DNA from: Spirulina sp.
Lineage (GTDB): Bacteria > Cyanobacteriota > Cyanobacteriia > Cyanobacteriales > Spirulinaceae
DNA length: 50,454 nt
Direction: 5' to 3'
Assembly (NCBI GenBank): GCA_011390265.1
Contig: JAABSU010000001.1
Span: 1 to 50,454 of the forward strand
Shown here: piece by piece, positions 1-7,656 of the stretch
Numbering within the stretch: position 1 is the stretch's first letter
How the letters are laid out: every line of letters begins with the position of its first letter
Translations under genes and position numbers: made by a program
Notes under the pieces: model-generated
The model's input: the letters and a program-made list of their open reading frames with translations, nothing else
Told to the model about the DNA's origin: nothing
The model's database searches: none

Positions 1-870
1 GATCGCGCCCTGATCCTGAACCGACGGCGGGATATGGCCCTGGGCATTGTTGACGGTTTGGAGGCTTGGAGTCGGGAAGTTACCGGCACGGCTCCCTCGG
101 TGGAGCAGAGCCATCCCGTGATTAATATCCGGATCAACGGCCAGGACTACGGCGAACAGGGGATTTTAATTAATAACAATGCCTTTATCCCGATTGACCT
201 GATCGATCGCCTCGGGGTTGATCTAAGCCAAAACCCCGAAACCCGCCTCGTCCAGTATCGCGGTGTCGTCTATGCCAAGGCGATCGAACTGCGGGAGTTC
301 ACGATTAATGTCGGTTGGGATAATCCCACCCGTACCGTGGTGCTGCGATCGATTACCCAAATTTGCCCCGGTATGTTCGATCGCATCATCGGCCATGGCA
401 ACACCTCTGAGGTGCAGTTGATCATGTTCCTCAAGGCCAACAATGAAAACGCTCTCGCGGAATTCCCCGATCTGCCCAAACTTTATCGGGAAGAAGCCAC
501 CGTCGAAGGGATTAATTATGATATTGCCTTCTGTCAAATGTGCCTGGCTACCAACTTCCTGCGGTTTGGCGGGGAAGTGAAACCGGCTCAGAATAATTTT
601 GCCGATTTAGGGGCCGTTGGCGGCGGAGCGCAGGGGGCGACGTTCCCCAGCGCCCAAATCGGGGTACGGGCGCACATCCAACACCTGAAGGCCTATGCCA
701 ATTTAGAACCCCTCGTGCAGGATGTTGTCGATCCCCGGTTCCGATTTGTGACCCGTGGGATTGCGCCCTTGGTGGAGCAGTTATCGGGGCGGTGGTCTTC
801 GGATTTGGAGTATGGCAAGAAGATCCTGGCCATCCTGCGTCGTCTCTATGAATCGGCGGATTTAATTTAA
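1..870 (+). CDS. N-acetylmuramoyl-L-alanine amidase/glucosaminidase-domain cell-wall hydrolase (TftA-like), 5'-truncated by the window edge
   Basis: Frame is open from base 1 (DRALILNRRRDMALG...). The C-terminal half has glucosaminidase-like motifs (GINYDIAFCQMC, QNNFADLG, FPSAQIGVRAHIQHLKAYA, DPRF, LSGRWS..YG). Confidence 0.8.
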   Translation, partial: DRALILNRRRDMALGIVDGLEAWSREVTGTAPSVEQSHPVINIRINGQDYGEQGILINNNAFIPIDLIDRLGVDLSQNPETRLVQYRGVVYAKAIELREFTINVGWDNPTRTVVLRSITQICPGMFDRIIGHGNTSEVQLIMFLKANNENALAEFPDLPKLYREEATVEGINYDIAFCQMCLATNFLRFGGEVKPAQNNFADLGAVGGGAQGATFPSAQIGVRAHIQHLKAYANLEPLVQDVVDPRFRFVTRGIAPLVEQLSGRWSSDLEYGKKILAILRRLYESADLI

Positions 871-905
871 TCGTGCCCCTCATCCGCTGATAACGACTGG
901 AGAGG

Positions 906-1018
906 GATCCCCCCCTGCCCCCCCTTAAAAAGGGGGGGTTCTACACTTAGGCCCCTTTTTGGGGGAGGTTCTGCAATTAAGCCCCCTTTTTAAGGGGGCC
1001 GGCGTAGCCGGGGGGATC
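906..1018. repeat. Composite palindromic repeat with GATCCCCCC...GGGGGGATC inverted ends and internal CCCCCTT-AAGGGGG hairpins
   Basis: Inverted ends and three C/G-tract hairpins are visible. A single arm recurs as a reverse complement at 18722-18753. Confidence 0.8.
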
Positions 1019-1096
1019 ATCGGCATCAGGGGAAGGAAGAGATGGCCCCTTCTTCCCAGCAGGAAGAAGGGGAGCAAAATGTAATGGCAAGGCGGA

Positions 1097-1117
1097 GGTG
1101 GGCACTGCCCACCCTAC
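1097..1117 (-). repeat. GTAG-family REP (GTAGGGTGGGCAGTGCCCACC)
   Basis: GTAG followed by a GGTGGGCA/TGCCCACC palindrome. A second copy is at 28418-28441. Confidence 0.8.
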
Positions 1118-1127
1118 ATCTATTGGC

Positions 1128-1769
1128 TTAGGCTATTGCGCTGGGGCAGAGGTCAGCGAGGGCGCATTGCTCACAATTGGGCTGACGGGCTTTGCACAAG
1201 GCTCGGCCGTGGTAGATGAGACGAATTGACCAGTTTTCCCATTCCGGTTGGGGCAAGAGTTTCATTAAATCCCGCTCAATTTTGACGGGATCGCTGTGGG
1301 TGGTGAGGCCGAGGCGGTTGCTAAGGCGTTTAACGTGGGTATCAACGGTTACGCCTTGGTTGATGCCGAAGCCGTGGGCGAGGACGACGTTGGCGGTTTT
1401 GCGGGCTACGCCGGGGAGCGTGAGGAGTTCGGCCATGGTGTGGGGGACTTCGCCGCCAAAGTCGGTGATGATTTTTTGACAAGCCCCCTGGATGTGCTTG
1501 GCTTTGTTGCGGTAGAAGCCGGTGGAGCGGATTAGGGTTTCGATTTCAAGGCGATCGCCCCCCGCAAAGGCGATCGCATCAGGAAACCGCGCAAATAGGG
1601 CCGGCGTAACCTGATTCACCCGCTCATCGGTGCATTGGGCAGAAAGAATCGTCGCCACCATAAGCTGAAGGATTGAACCATAATTCAGGCTACAGGTGGC
1701 ATCGGGATAGAGGCGATGTAACCGCAACAGCAGTTCCGTCGCCCGTTGCTTCTGGCTCGCTTTAACCAT
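1128..1769 (-). CDS. nth: Endonuclease III
   Basis: LSAQCTDERVN, HhH motif LPGVARKTAN, VDTHV and C-terminal 4Fe-4S CxxxxxxCxxCxxxxxC. Confidence 0.97.
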   Translation of the reverse strand: MVKASQKQRATELLLRLHRLYPDATCSLNYGSILQLMVATILSAQCTDERVNQVTPALFARFPDAIAFAGGDRLEIETLIRSTGFYRNKAKHIQGACQKIITDFGGEVPHTMAELLTLPGVARKTANVVLAHGFGINQGVTVDTHVKRLSNRLGLTTHSDPVKIERDLMKLLPQPEWENWSIRLIYHGRALCKARQPNCEQCALADLCPSAIA

Positions 1770-2870
1770 CTAGGGACGTTCTTGGAACAGGTCTTGGATC
1801 ACCGCGAGGTTGGCGGTATCGCGGATGATTAAAAACGCCCCCAAGCCCATCAACAGGACAATCCCGGTTTGCATAATCCCATCCTGAATCCGACCCGGCA
1901 CCGGCTTACCCCGCAACCCTTCGATGATCAAAAAAGCTAACTGACCGCCATCAAGGGCCGGCAAGGGCAAAATATTCAAAATCGCCAGGTTAATACTGAT
2001 CAACGCCCCAAACTGAAATAAATTGCTCAGATCGGAATTGGCCAATGTGGCCCCAATTTCAACAATTTTCACCGGACTAGCCACCTGGCCCGCCGTTTCT
2101 TGGAAATTGAGGAATAGGGAACCAAAACCCCGGAACACAAGACCCGTCAGCCGTTGAAATTCCGTTGCGCCACTGGTGACGGCGGTGAGGAGACTGGCGG
2201 GGGTGCGGGTGACGGTTTGGTTGGGGGAAAGGGTTACGCCAATTTTGCCCGCGCCATCGGCTCCCGGTTGGGGGGTGATTTTGAGGTTGAGGGTTTCGAG
2301 GTTGTGTTTAACGGTGAGGGTGAGGGGTTGATTGGGGGAGGCTTGGATCCGCTCCATTAGCGTGCGTACTGCTTCGCTGGAGGCCTCTAGGGGTTCTTGA
2401 TTGACGGCAAGGATAATATCACCGGATTGCAAACCTGCCATTTGAGCAGCATTGACTTCGCCATTGACCATGACCTCAGGAATGACTACGCCGGGATCGT
2501 AATGGACTTGGGGAATGCCGACGGTGGCCATTTGGGTGACGATTAGCAAATAGGCGAGGATGAAGTTGGCAATTACACCGGCAGACATGACGATCGCCCG
2601 ATCCAGAATGGGGCGATTCCGCAGTAGGTTCGGGTCATCCGGCTCAATTTCACTATCGGGGTCATCGTCGGGAAACCCCACAAATCCCCCCAGGGGTAGA
2701 GCACGCAGGGAATATTCCGTGACCGGCCCCTGGTAACGCAACAGCACGGGGCCAAAACCAATGGCAAAGCGGTTGACATGGATATTTTGCAGCCGGGCGG
2801 CGGCAAAGTGGCCAAATTCATGAACCACAATAAGCAAACCCAAAACGGCGATCGCAGCCAAAACGGACAT
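1770..2870 (-). CDS. rseP: RIP metalloprotease RseP (M50, PDZ domain)
   Basis: HEFGH zinc motif, LPLGGFV, PDZ-like middle and NILPLPALDGG. Confidence 0.95.
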   Translation of the reverse strand: MSVLAAIAVLGLLIVVHEFGHFAAARLQNIHVNRFAIGFGPVLLRYQGPVTEYSLRALPLGGFVGFPDDDPDSEIEPDDPNLLRNRPILDRAIVMSAGVIANFILAYLLIVTQMATVGIPQVHYDPGVVIPEVMVNGEVNAAQMAGLQSGDIILAVNQEPLEASSEAVRTLMERIQASPNQPLTLTVKHNLETLNLKITPQPGADGAGKIGVTLSPNQTVTRTPASLLTAVTSGATEFQRLTGLVFRGFGSLFLNFQETAGQVASPVKIVEIGATLANSDLSNLFQFGALISINLAILNILPLPALDGGQLAFLIIEGLRGKPVPGRIQDGIMQTGIVLLMGLGAFLIIRDTANLAVIQDLFQERP

Positions 2871-3050
2871 AGGTTAAATCTTTAAATCTGTGAATCTGTG
2901 CAAAAACGGGAATTAGGGCAAACCTGATTTTCATTGTGACACATCTTCACAAATTGTAACGGTAGCGTTGCAGCCCTCTCTCCCCCAGTCAGTTTGAGGA
3001 TGATTTTGGCATCGCTGTCCGTATCGATTTAAACCATTTTTTCAAAAATG

Positions 3051-3090
3051 GTAACAAACAATACAATTTAGCCCCAAAATTATTTACACT
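3051..3090 (+). promoter_or_regulatory. Candidate NtcA-activated promoter (GTA-N8-TAC plus TAN3T -10)
   Basis: GTAACAAACAATAC at 3051-3064, TACACT at 3085-3090 (20-nt spacer), and GGAGG RBS at 3109-3113 before ATG 3124. Confidence 0.55.
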
Positions 3091-3123
3091 AGAAGGAAGC
3101 AATCCACAGGAGGGACTGAAACC

Positions 3124-3321
3124 ATGCTGCACACCTATGCAAAATTTGAACGCCAAACCCCCAACCGTCGCACCCCCCTAGAATGGGCGGCGATCGCCTG
3201 TGGTGGTGGCATTGTTGCCCTCTTAGTTCTGCTCCCTCTCACCCAAGTGGCCACCAATGGCAGTCCCAACCACGAAGCCAGCGAATGGCAACCTACCCTC
3301 ATGATTCGCGGCGGCCGTTAA
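3124..3321 (+). CDS. Small hypothetical single-pass membrane protein (65 aa)
   Basis: Strong GGAGG RBS, ATG start, one hydrophobic segment (WAAIACGGGIVALLVLLPL), and it fills the intergenic gap. Confidence 0.7.
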   Translation: MLHTYAKFERQTPNRRTPLEWAAIACGGGIVALLVLLPLTQVATNGSPNHEASEWQPTLMIRGGR

Positions 3322-3396
3322 TTCATCGGCAATCCGGATACAGCATTGATAGATTCGCGATTCTCCTGCGGAGACGGTGTGCGATCGCGAATCGGC

Positions 3397-3448
3397 GTGG
3401 GGGCGTTGGCATCAGCCTGCCGGAGGCACAAAAATTTTTCGCCCCTAC
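3397..3448 (+). repeat. REP palindrome GTRGGGGCG|AAAAATTTTTCGCCCCTAC carrying a 24-nt insert (3406-3429)
   Basis: Removing TTGGCATCAGCCTGCCGGAGGCAC restores the 28-nt palindrome seen uninterrupted at 22556-22583 and about 31442-31469. Confidence 0.9.
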
Positions 3449-3451
3449 TTC

Positions 3452-4258
3452 CTAATCCCGATTTAACGCCGTAATCATCGCCTGCTGGCGAATTTGCCCA
3501 TAGGCTTCTAGGAGCGCACTGTGGAGTAAACGGGCTTCAGAGGTGGGCAGGGGGATGGGGCCGAGGCGATCGAGGAGCGTCTGTTGGTCTTCGGGAGGGG
3601 CGATGGCCACCAAAGAGGCATCTAAGGGTTCTTGATAAGACCAAAACCGCCGCATCACGAGGGGGATTTGGTTGTATTGGCTATTGCCTTTTTTGGTATT
3701 TTTCTTCGCTTTACGCCCTTCGCCGCTACCCTTCCCCCGCAACTGGCGTAGGGCTTCGAGGATCTGCGTTTTCGTGCGGCCCCGCAGTTGAAACAGCACA
3801 AAGGGATCTTCACTGAAGCGATCGCCCAACTGATAATAAACCGCGCCAATATGTTTGCAAGGATTGGCCTTATCGGGACAGGTGCAACGGGAATGAATTT
3901 CCGACAGCGTAAAGGGAAACAGGCTTAACCCATTGGCGGTAAACACATCCTCAATTTCAGCGGGCATCTCCCCCGCCAACAATTGCGCTGAATAGAGAGC
4001 TTTTTCCGCCATCGTCGTAATCACATAGCGCCAATCTTCATTACTAAAGGGATTGAGAGACAGGGAAACTTCGTAGGGTTCCGCCTCACTGCCCTGCACC
4101 TGGGCCATCACCCGCACCCCTTTAAATTCAATGCTCAAAACATTCCCTTCCATGGAATAGCGGCGAGCGCGTTCCAGACGTTTTTTAAACCGATAGGAGT
4201 CGAGGAGTTCTAACCACCGCTCCACCCACCATTCACGGTTTTCTAGTTCATAGCTCAT
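3452..4258 (-). CDS. SWIM zinc-finger protein
   Basis: CTCPDKANPCKH SWIM motif, RLERARRY and DPFVLFQLRG. Confidence 0.9.
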   Translation of the reverse strand: MSYELENREWWVERWLELLDSYRFKKRLERARRYSMEGNVLSIEFKGVRVMAQVQGSEAEPYEVSLSLNPFSNEDWRYVITTMAEKALYSAQLLAGEMPAEIEDVFTANGLSLFPFTLSEIHSRCTCPDKANPCKHIGAVYYQLGDRFSEDPFVLFQLRGRTKTQILEALRQLRGKGSGEGRKAKKNTKKGNSQYNQIPLVMRRFWSYQEPLDASLVAIAPPEDQQTLLDRLGPIPLPTSEARLLHSALLEAYGQIRQQAMITALNRD

Positions 4259-5034
4259 GGATTAATCGGGGGTAAATTTTGGGCACGATAAAAGGTTTCT
4301 AGGCTGTCCATATCCCCCACAAATCGCCAATGCCAAGGCTCATAGGCAATGCCTTGGGGGTTATCCCGGGGAAAGGAAAGCTCAAAGCCATAGCGGGCGG
4401 CGTTGGTTTCCAGCCAGGCAAAGGCGGGGGTATTTTCAAATTGGGGGCTGAGGTGGGTGGCCGGCACATTGGCATCGCCAATATCAATGGCATAGCCGGT
4501 ATGGTGCTCACTAAACCCTGGGGGGGCGCTCACCTCCGCCCGCTCACTGGGGCGTTGGTTGCGCTGCTCTTTGATCTGAAAAAAGAGATAATCCTGTTGG
4601 GCTTTGGTGCGGTAGCCGGAGAGGGCCGCTAAAAGCACCCCTTCGCGGCGGGCGGCTTCGCTCATTTCCTGATAACGGGCAGCGGCGGCGGTGCGCAGTC
4701 GAATGGAACCATCGGCGGTGATGTTGACGAGATCACTTTCCCCTGCCTCCTCGTAGGGGAGATGCCCCAGCACATTTTCAATGGGGGCAGCTTCTGGCTC
4801 CGGTTCTGGCTCTGTTTCGGTGACGGGTTCCGGTGTCAGTTGGGCCAGCCAGAGGCCGACAGCGGCGGCGATCGCCCCCACCCCTAAAAAAATTCCCACC
4901 AGAATTCGACCCCAAGGAACCGAGGGAGAAGCATCGGGGAGATCTCGCTGGGCGATGGGAATCTCATCCATGGAGTCCAGGAGGGATTTTTGCGGCTGTT
5001 TGGGCACAGATGGTTTGCTCCGGCAGAATCGCAA
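4255..5034 (-). CDS. D-alanyl-D-alanine carboxypeptidase (M15B/VanY-like), membrane anchored; true start may be downstream (MDEIP...)
   Basis: SGYR, SAPPGFSEHHTGYAID and YEPWHWRFVG motifs, plus an N-terminal TM helix. Confidence 0.92.
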   Translation of the reverse strand: MRFCRSKPSVPKQPQKSLLDSMDEIPIAQRDLPDASPSVPWGRILVGIFLGVGAIAAAVGLWLAQLTPEPVTETEPEPEPEAAPIENVLGHLPYEEAGESDLVNITADGSIRLRTAAAARYQEMSEAARREGVLLAALSGYRTKAQQDYLFFQIKEQRNQRPSERAEVSAPPGFSEHHTGYAIDIGDANVPATHLSPQFENTPAFAWLETNAARYGFELSFPRDNPQGIAYEPWHWRFVGDMDSLETFYRAQNLPPINP

Positions 5035-5154
5035 CGGTGAAGGAGTGCGGGGCGATCGCGCACTCCCCTAAAACTCTAACCCAAGAAGCGATAAGATCAG
5101 CAAGGCAAAATTCTTGATTTTTGTTTATTTTGTGTTTATTTTTGGTGGGGCATC

Positions 5155-6090
5155 ATGGAACCTAAATTAATTATTCACGGCGGGGCAGGCAGTTCGCTCA
5201 AGGGCAAAGGCGGTTTAGCGGTGGTGCGTCAAGCTCTCCATGAAATTGTGGCGACGGTGTATCAGGATCTTTGTCAGGGCAAAACGGCTTTAGATGCAGT
5301 GGTGCAAGGTTGTCAACTTTTAGAAGATCATCCCCGGTTTAATGCCGGTACGGGGTCTGTGTTGCAGTCCGATGGCCAGATTCGCATGAGTGCGGCGCTG
5401 ATGGATGGCACGGCCCAGCGGTTTAGTGGCGTGATCAATGTGGCGCGGGTGCAAAACCCGATTCAGTTAGCTCAAACCTTGCAAGGGGAGAGCGATCGCG
5501 TTCTTTCCGATTATGGGGCGGCGGAACTGTTGCGGGAGTTACAAATCCCCATCTATAACCCCCTCACGGATCTCCGTTTAGAGGAATGGCTTTTAGAGCG
5601 GAAGGGGGATTTTAATAAGGACATGGCCGGCGTGATTGCTGAGGCGGAACACAGCGAACCGGGCCGGGGCACGATTGGCGTGGTGGCTTTAGATCAGCAG
5701 GGGCAAATTGTCGCGGGAACTTCTACCGGCGGCAAAGGGTTTGAGCGCATCGGCCGGGTCAGCGATTCCGCCATGCCCGCCGGGAACTATGCCACCCGTC
5801 AAGCCGGGGTGAGTTGTACCGGCATTGGGGAGGATATTATTGATGAATGTTTGGCGGCAAAAATTGTGATTCGGGTCAGTGATGGTTTGAGCTTGGCCGA
5901 TGCGATGGCGAAATCCATGGCGGAGGCTCAGGGGAATGGGCGGGATTTGGGGGCGATCGCCCTTGCTGCCGATGGCACCCTGGCTTGGGGCAAAACCAGC
6001 GAGGTCTTGTTAGCTGCCTATCATAATGGCCAAAACATCGGTGATACCCTGGAATGGACTGGCCCAGATTTAACCGGCCAAACGACCTAA
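5155..6090 (+). CDS. iaaA: Isoaspartyl peptidase/L-asparaginase (Ntn hydrolase)
   Basis: IIHGGAG, FNAGTGS, GTIGVVA..TSTGG, GRVSDS and TGIGE motifs. Confidence 0.9.
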   Translation: MEPKLIIHGGAGSSLKGKGGLAVVRQALHEIVATVYQDLCQGKTALDAVVQGCQLLEDHPRFNAGTGSVLQSDGQIRMSAALMDGTAQRFSGVINVARVQNPIQLAQTLQGESDRVLSDYGAAELLRELQIPIYNPLTDLRLEEWLLERKGDFNKDMAGVIAEAEHSEPGRGTIGVVALDQQGQIVAGTSTGGKGFERIGRVSDSAMPAGNYATRQAGVSCTGIGEDIIDECLAAKIVIRVSDGLSLADAMAKSMAEAQGNGRDLGAIALAADGTLAWGKTSEVLLAAYHNGQNIGDTLEWTGPDLTGQTT

Positions 6091-6218
6091 GGCCATGGCC
6101 GGTTCAGAGGCTAAAATGGGTGAAATCACTGCCAACAAACCGTGAAAATTCGCTAAATAGCTCGTTACCAGATTTCAGGAACGGGCTTGCAATCTCCTAC
6201 TCAAGAGGGAACACCTGT

Positions 6219-7451
6219 ATGACTAAATTCTGGTTTATGACCTATTCCACCACCGCCGCCCTGGGTTGGGTTGCCCTCGGCAGCACCGGAGCCCAGGCGG
6301 TGGATTCGCTCACCCCGGAAGCAATGGCGGGGGATGCCCCATTATTGGCTCAGGTCAATACCAGGGCCGCTATGGCTGCCCAACCCAATCCCCTCCAAGA
6401 CGCGGTGATTGTGGAAGTGGAGCCGACCCCTTCCGTGGAGTTTTCTCCCACGGCTCCCGCTGCGGCGTACCAAACCCCCCTGCCCAATGGGATCCCACAT
6501 CCTGAAGTGGATGCCCTGCCGGCCTCAGATGCTCAGCCCGTGGCTGCCGTGGAACCCCTTCGCTCATCTCAGCAGGCCACTGCACCCCTACGCATCGAGG
6601 AAGACCCAGCAATACGGGCCGCGATCAACCCGCAAACACCGGCCCAACGTGCGGCACTGCGGGCAACTCCCCCGGAATCCCTAATCCGGGACGGGCGCAG
6701 CTTTGAGGAATTGATTGCCCCCTCCAGCGCCCAACACCGCCAAGCAACCGTGGGCGCACCGGAGCAGATCACCACCCGCCCCCCCATGCCAGCCCCCCAA
6801 CCCATGGCGCGGCCCGCATCTAGCCCAGTTGCCCAGCAACCTCCCACCCCATCCCAACCGCGGGACACCACCCCCCTGTTGCACAAACTAGAGCAGGATC
6901 TACAAGACATTCGCCGTGAGATCACGGGTTCGAGTCGGCCCCTGGCGTTGGATTCACCGATGATCTCCCTCAGGCCGTTGCCGGAGTTGGAGGCTTATCA
7001 GTATTTCAGCGATCGCAACCCCAACGCCCCCCGCAACTCTACCGCTTGGGAGGCGGTTAGCCTCAGCCGTGAGTTTGCGCTATCCACCTTTGACGCAACG
7101 GCCCCGACGTTGGATTTAGCCCGGCTACAAACGGGAGCATTGGCCACAGACTTTATGGATTTGGGTTTGCAGTTCTTTAGCGATCGCCTCGCCTCCGATG
7201 CCTTTTTGGGCAATGCCCACTTTTTCGACTTTGACCGGGTGGCGCTGACGTTTACCGATCTGGCGACGGAGTTTACCGGGATGTTTGCGGATTGGGAACC
7301 GGTGCTAGCGGCGGAAACGATGGTTTCGGTGGAGGCCATTACCCCAGAAACGACGTTTTTCAAGGTCACTCCCACCGCAGCGGACTATTTCGCCCAATAC
7401 AATCCCGCCAACCCCTTAACCTTTGGGTTTAAACCAACCTTCAAGCTTTAG
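6219..7451 (+). CDS. Hypothetical exported protein, Pro/Ala/Gln-rich
   Basis: Long ORF. Likely start is ATG 6219 (alternative 6237), followed by a signal-peptide-like segment ending GAQA. No family recognised. Confidence 0.65.
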   Translation: MTKFWFMTYSTTAALGWVALGSTGAQAVDSLTPEAMAGDAPLLAQVNTRAAMAAQPNPLQDAVIVEVEPTPSVEFSPTAPAAAYQTPLPNGIPHPEVDALPASDAQPVAAVEPLRSSQQATAPLRIEEDPAIRAAINPQTPAQRAALRATPPESLIRDGRSFEELIAPSSAQHRQATVGAPEQITTRPPMPAPQPMARPASSPVAQQPPTPSQPRDTTPLLHKLEQDLQDIRREITGSSRPLALDSPMISLRPLPELEAYQYFSDRNPNAPRNSTAWEAVSLSREFALSTFDATAPTLDLARLQTGALATDFMDLGLQFFSDRLASDAFLGNAHFFDFDRVALTFTDLATEFTGMFADWEPVLAAETMVSVEAITPETTFFKVTPTAADYFAQYNPANPLTFGFKPTFKL

Positions 7452-7656
7452 AGCCTCAAGTCGCAACGCGATCGCCCAGCCCCCCGATTCTGCCGGATGC
7501 CTTTAATCCTGGCAGTGGGAGTCCTAACTCCCTTGGGGGGCTGGTGCTGTTTGGCCGCATTTCCCCAAAACTGGGATAGCCCGATTATCCTGAGAGAAGA
7601 TAGGGTGCTTTGAATTTAGACTTTTAACTCCGTCGTCCTTAGTCAGAATCCAAGCC

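Noticed and set aside
2934-2952. TTGTGA-CACATCT-TCACAA inverted repeat resembling a CRP box
   Set aside because: The spacer between TGTGA and TCACA is 7 nt, not the required 6. It could bind another factor but cannot be called.
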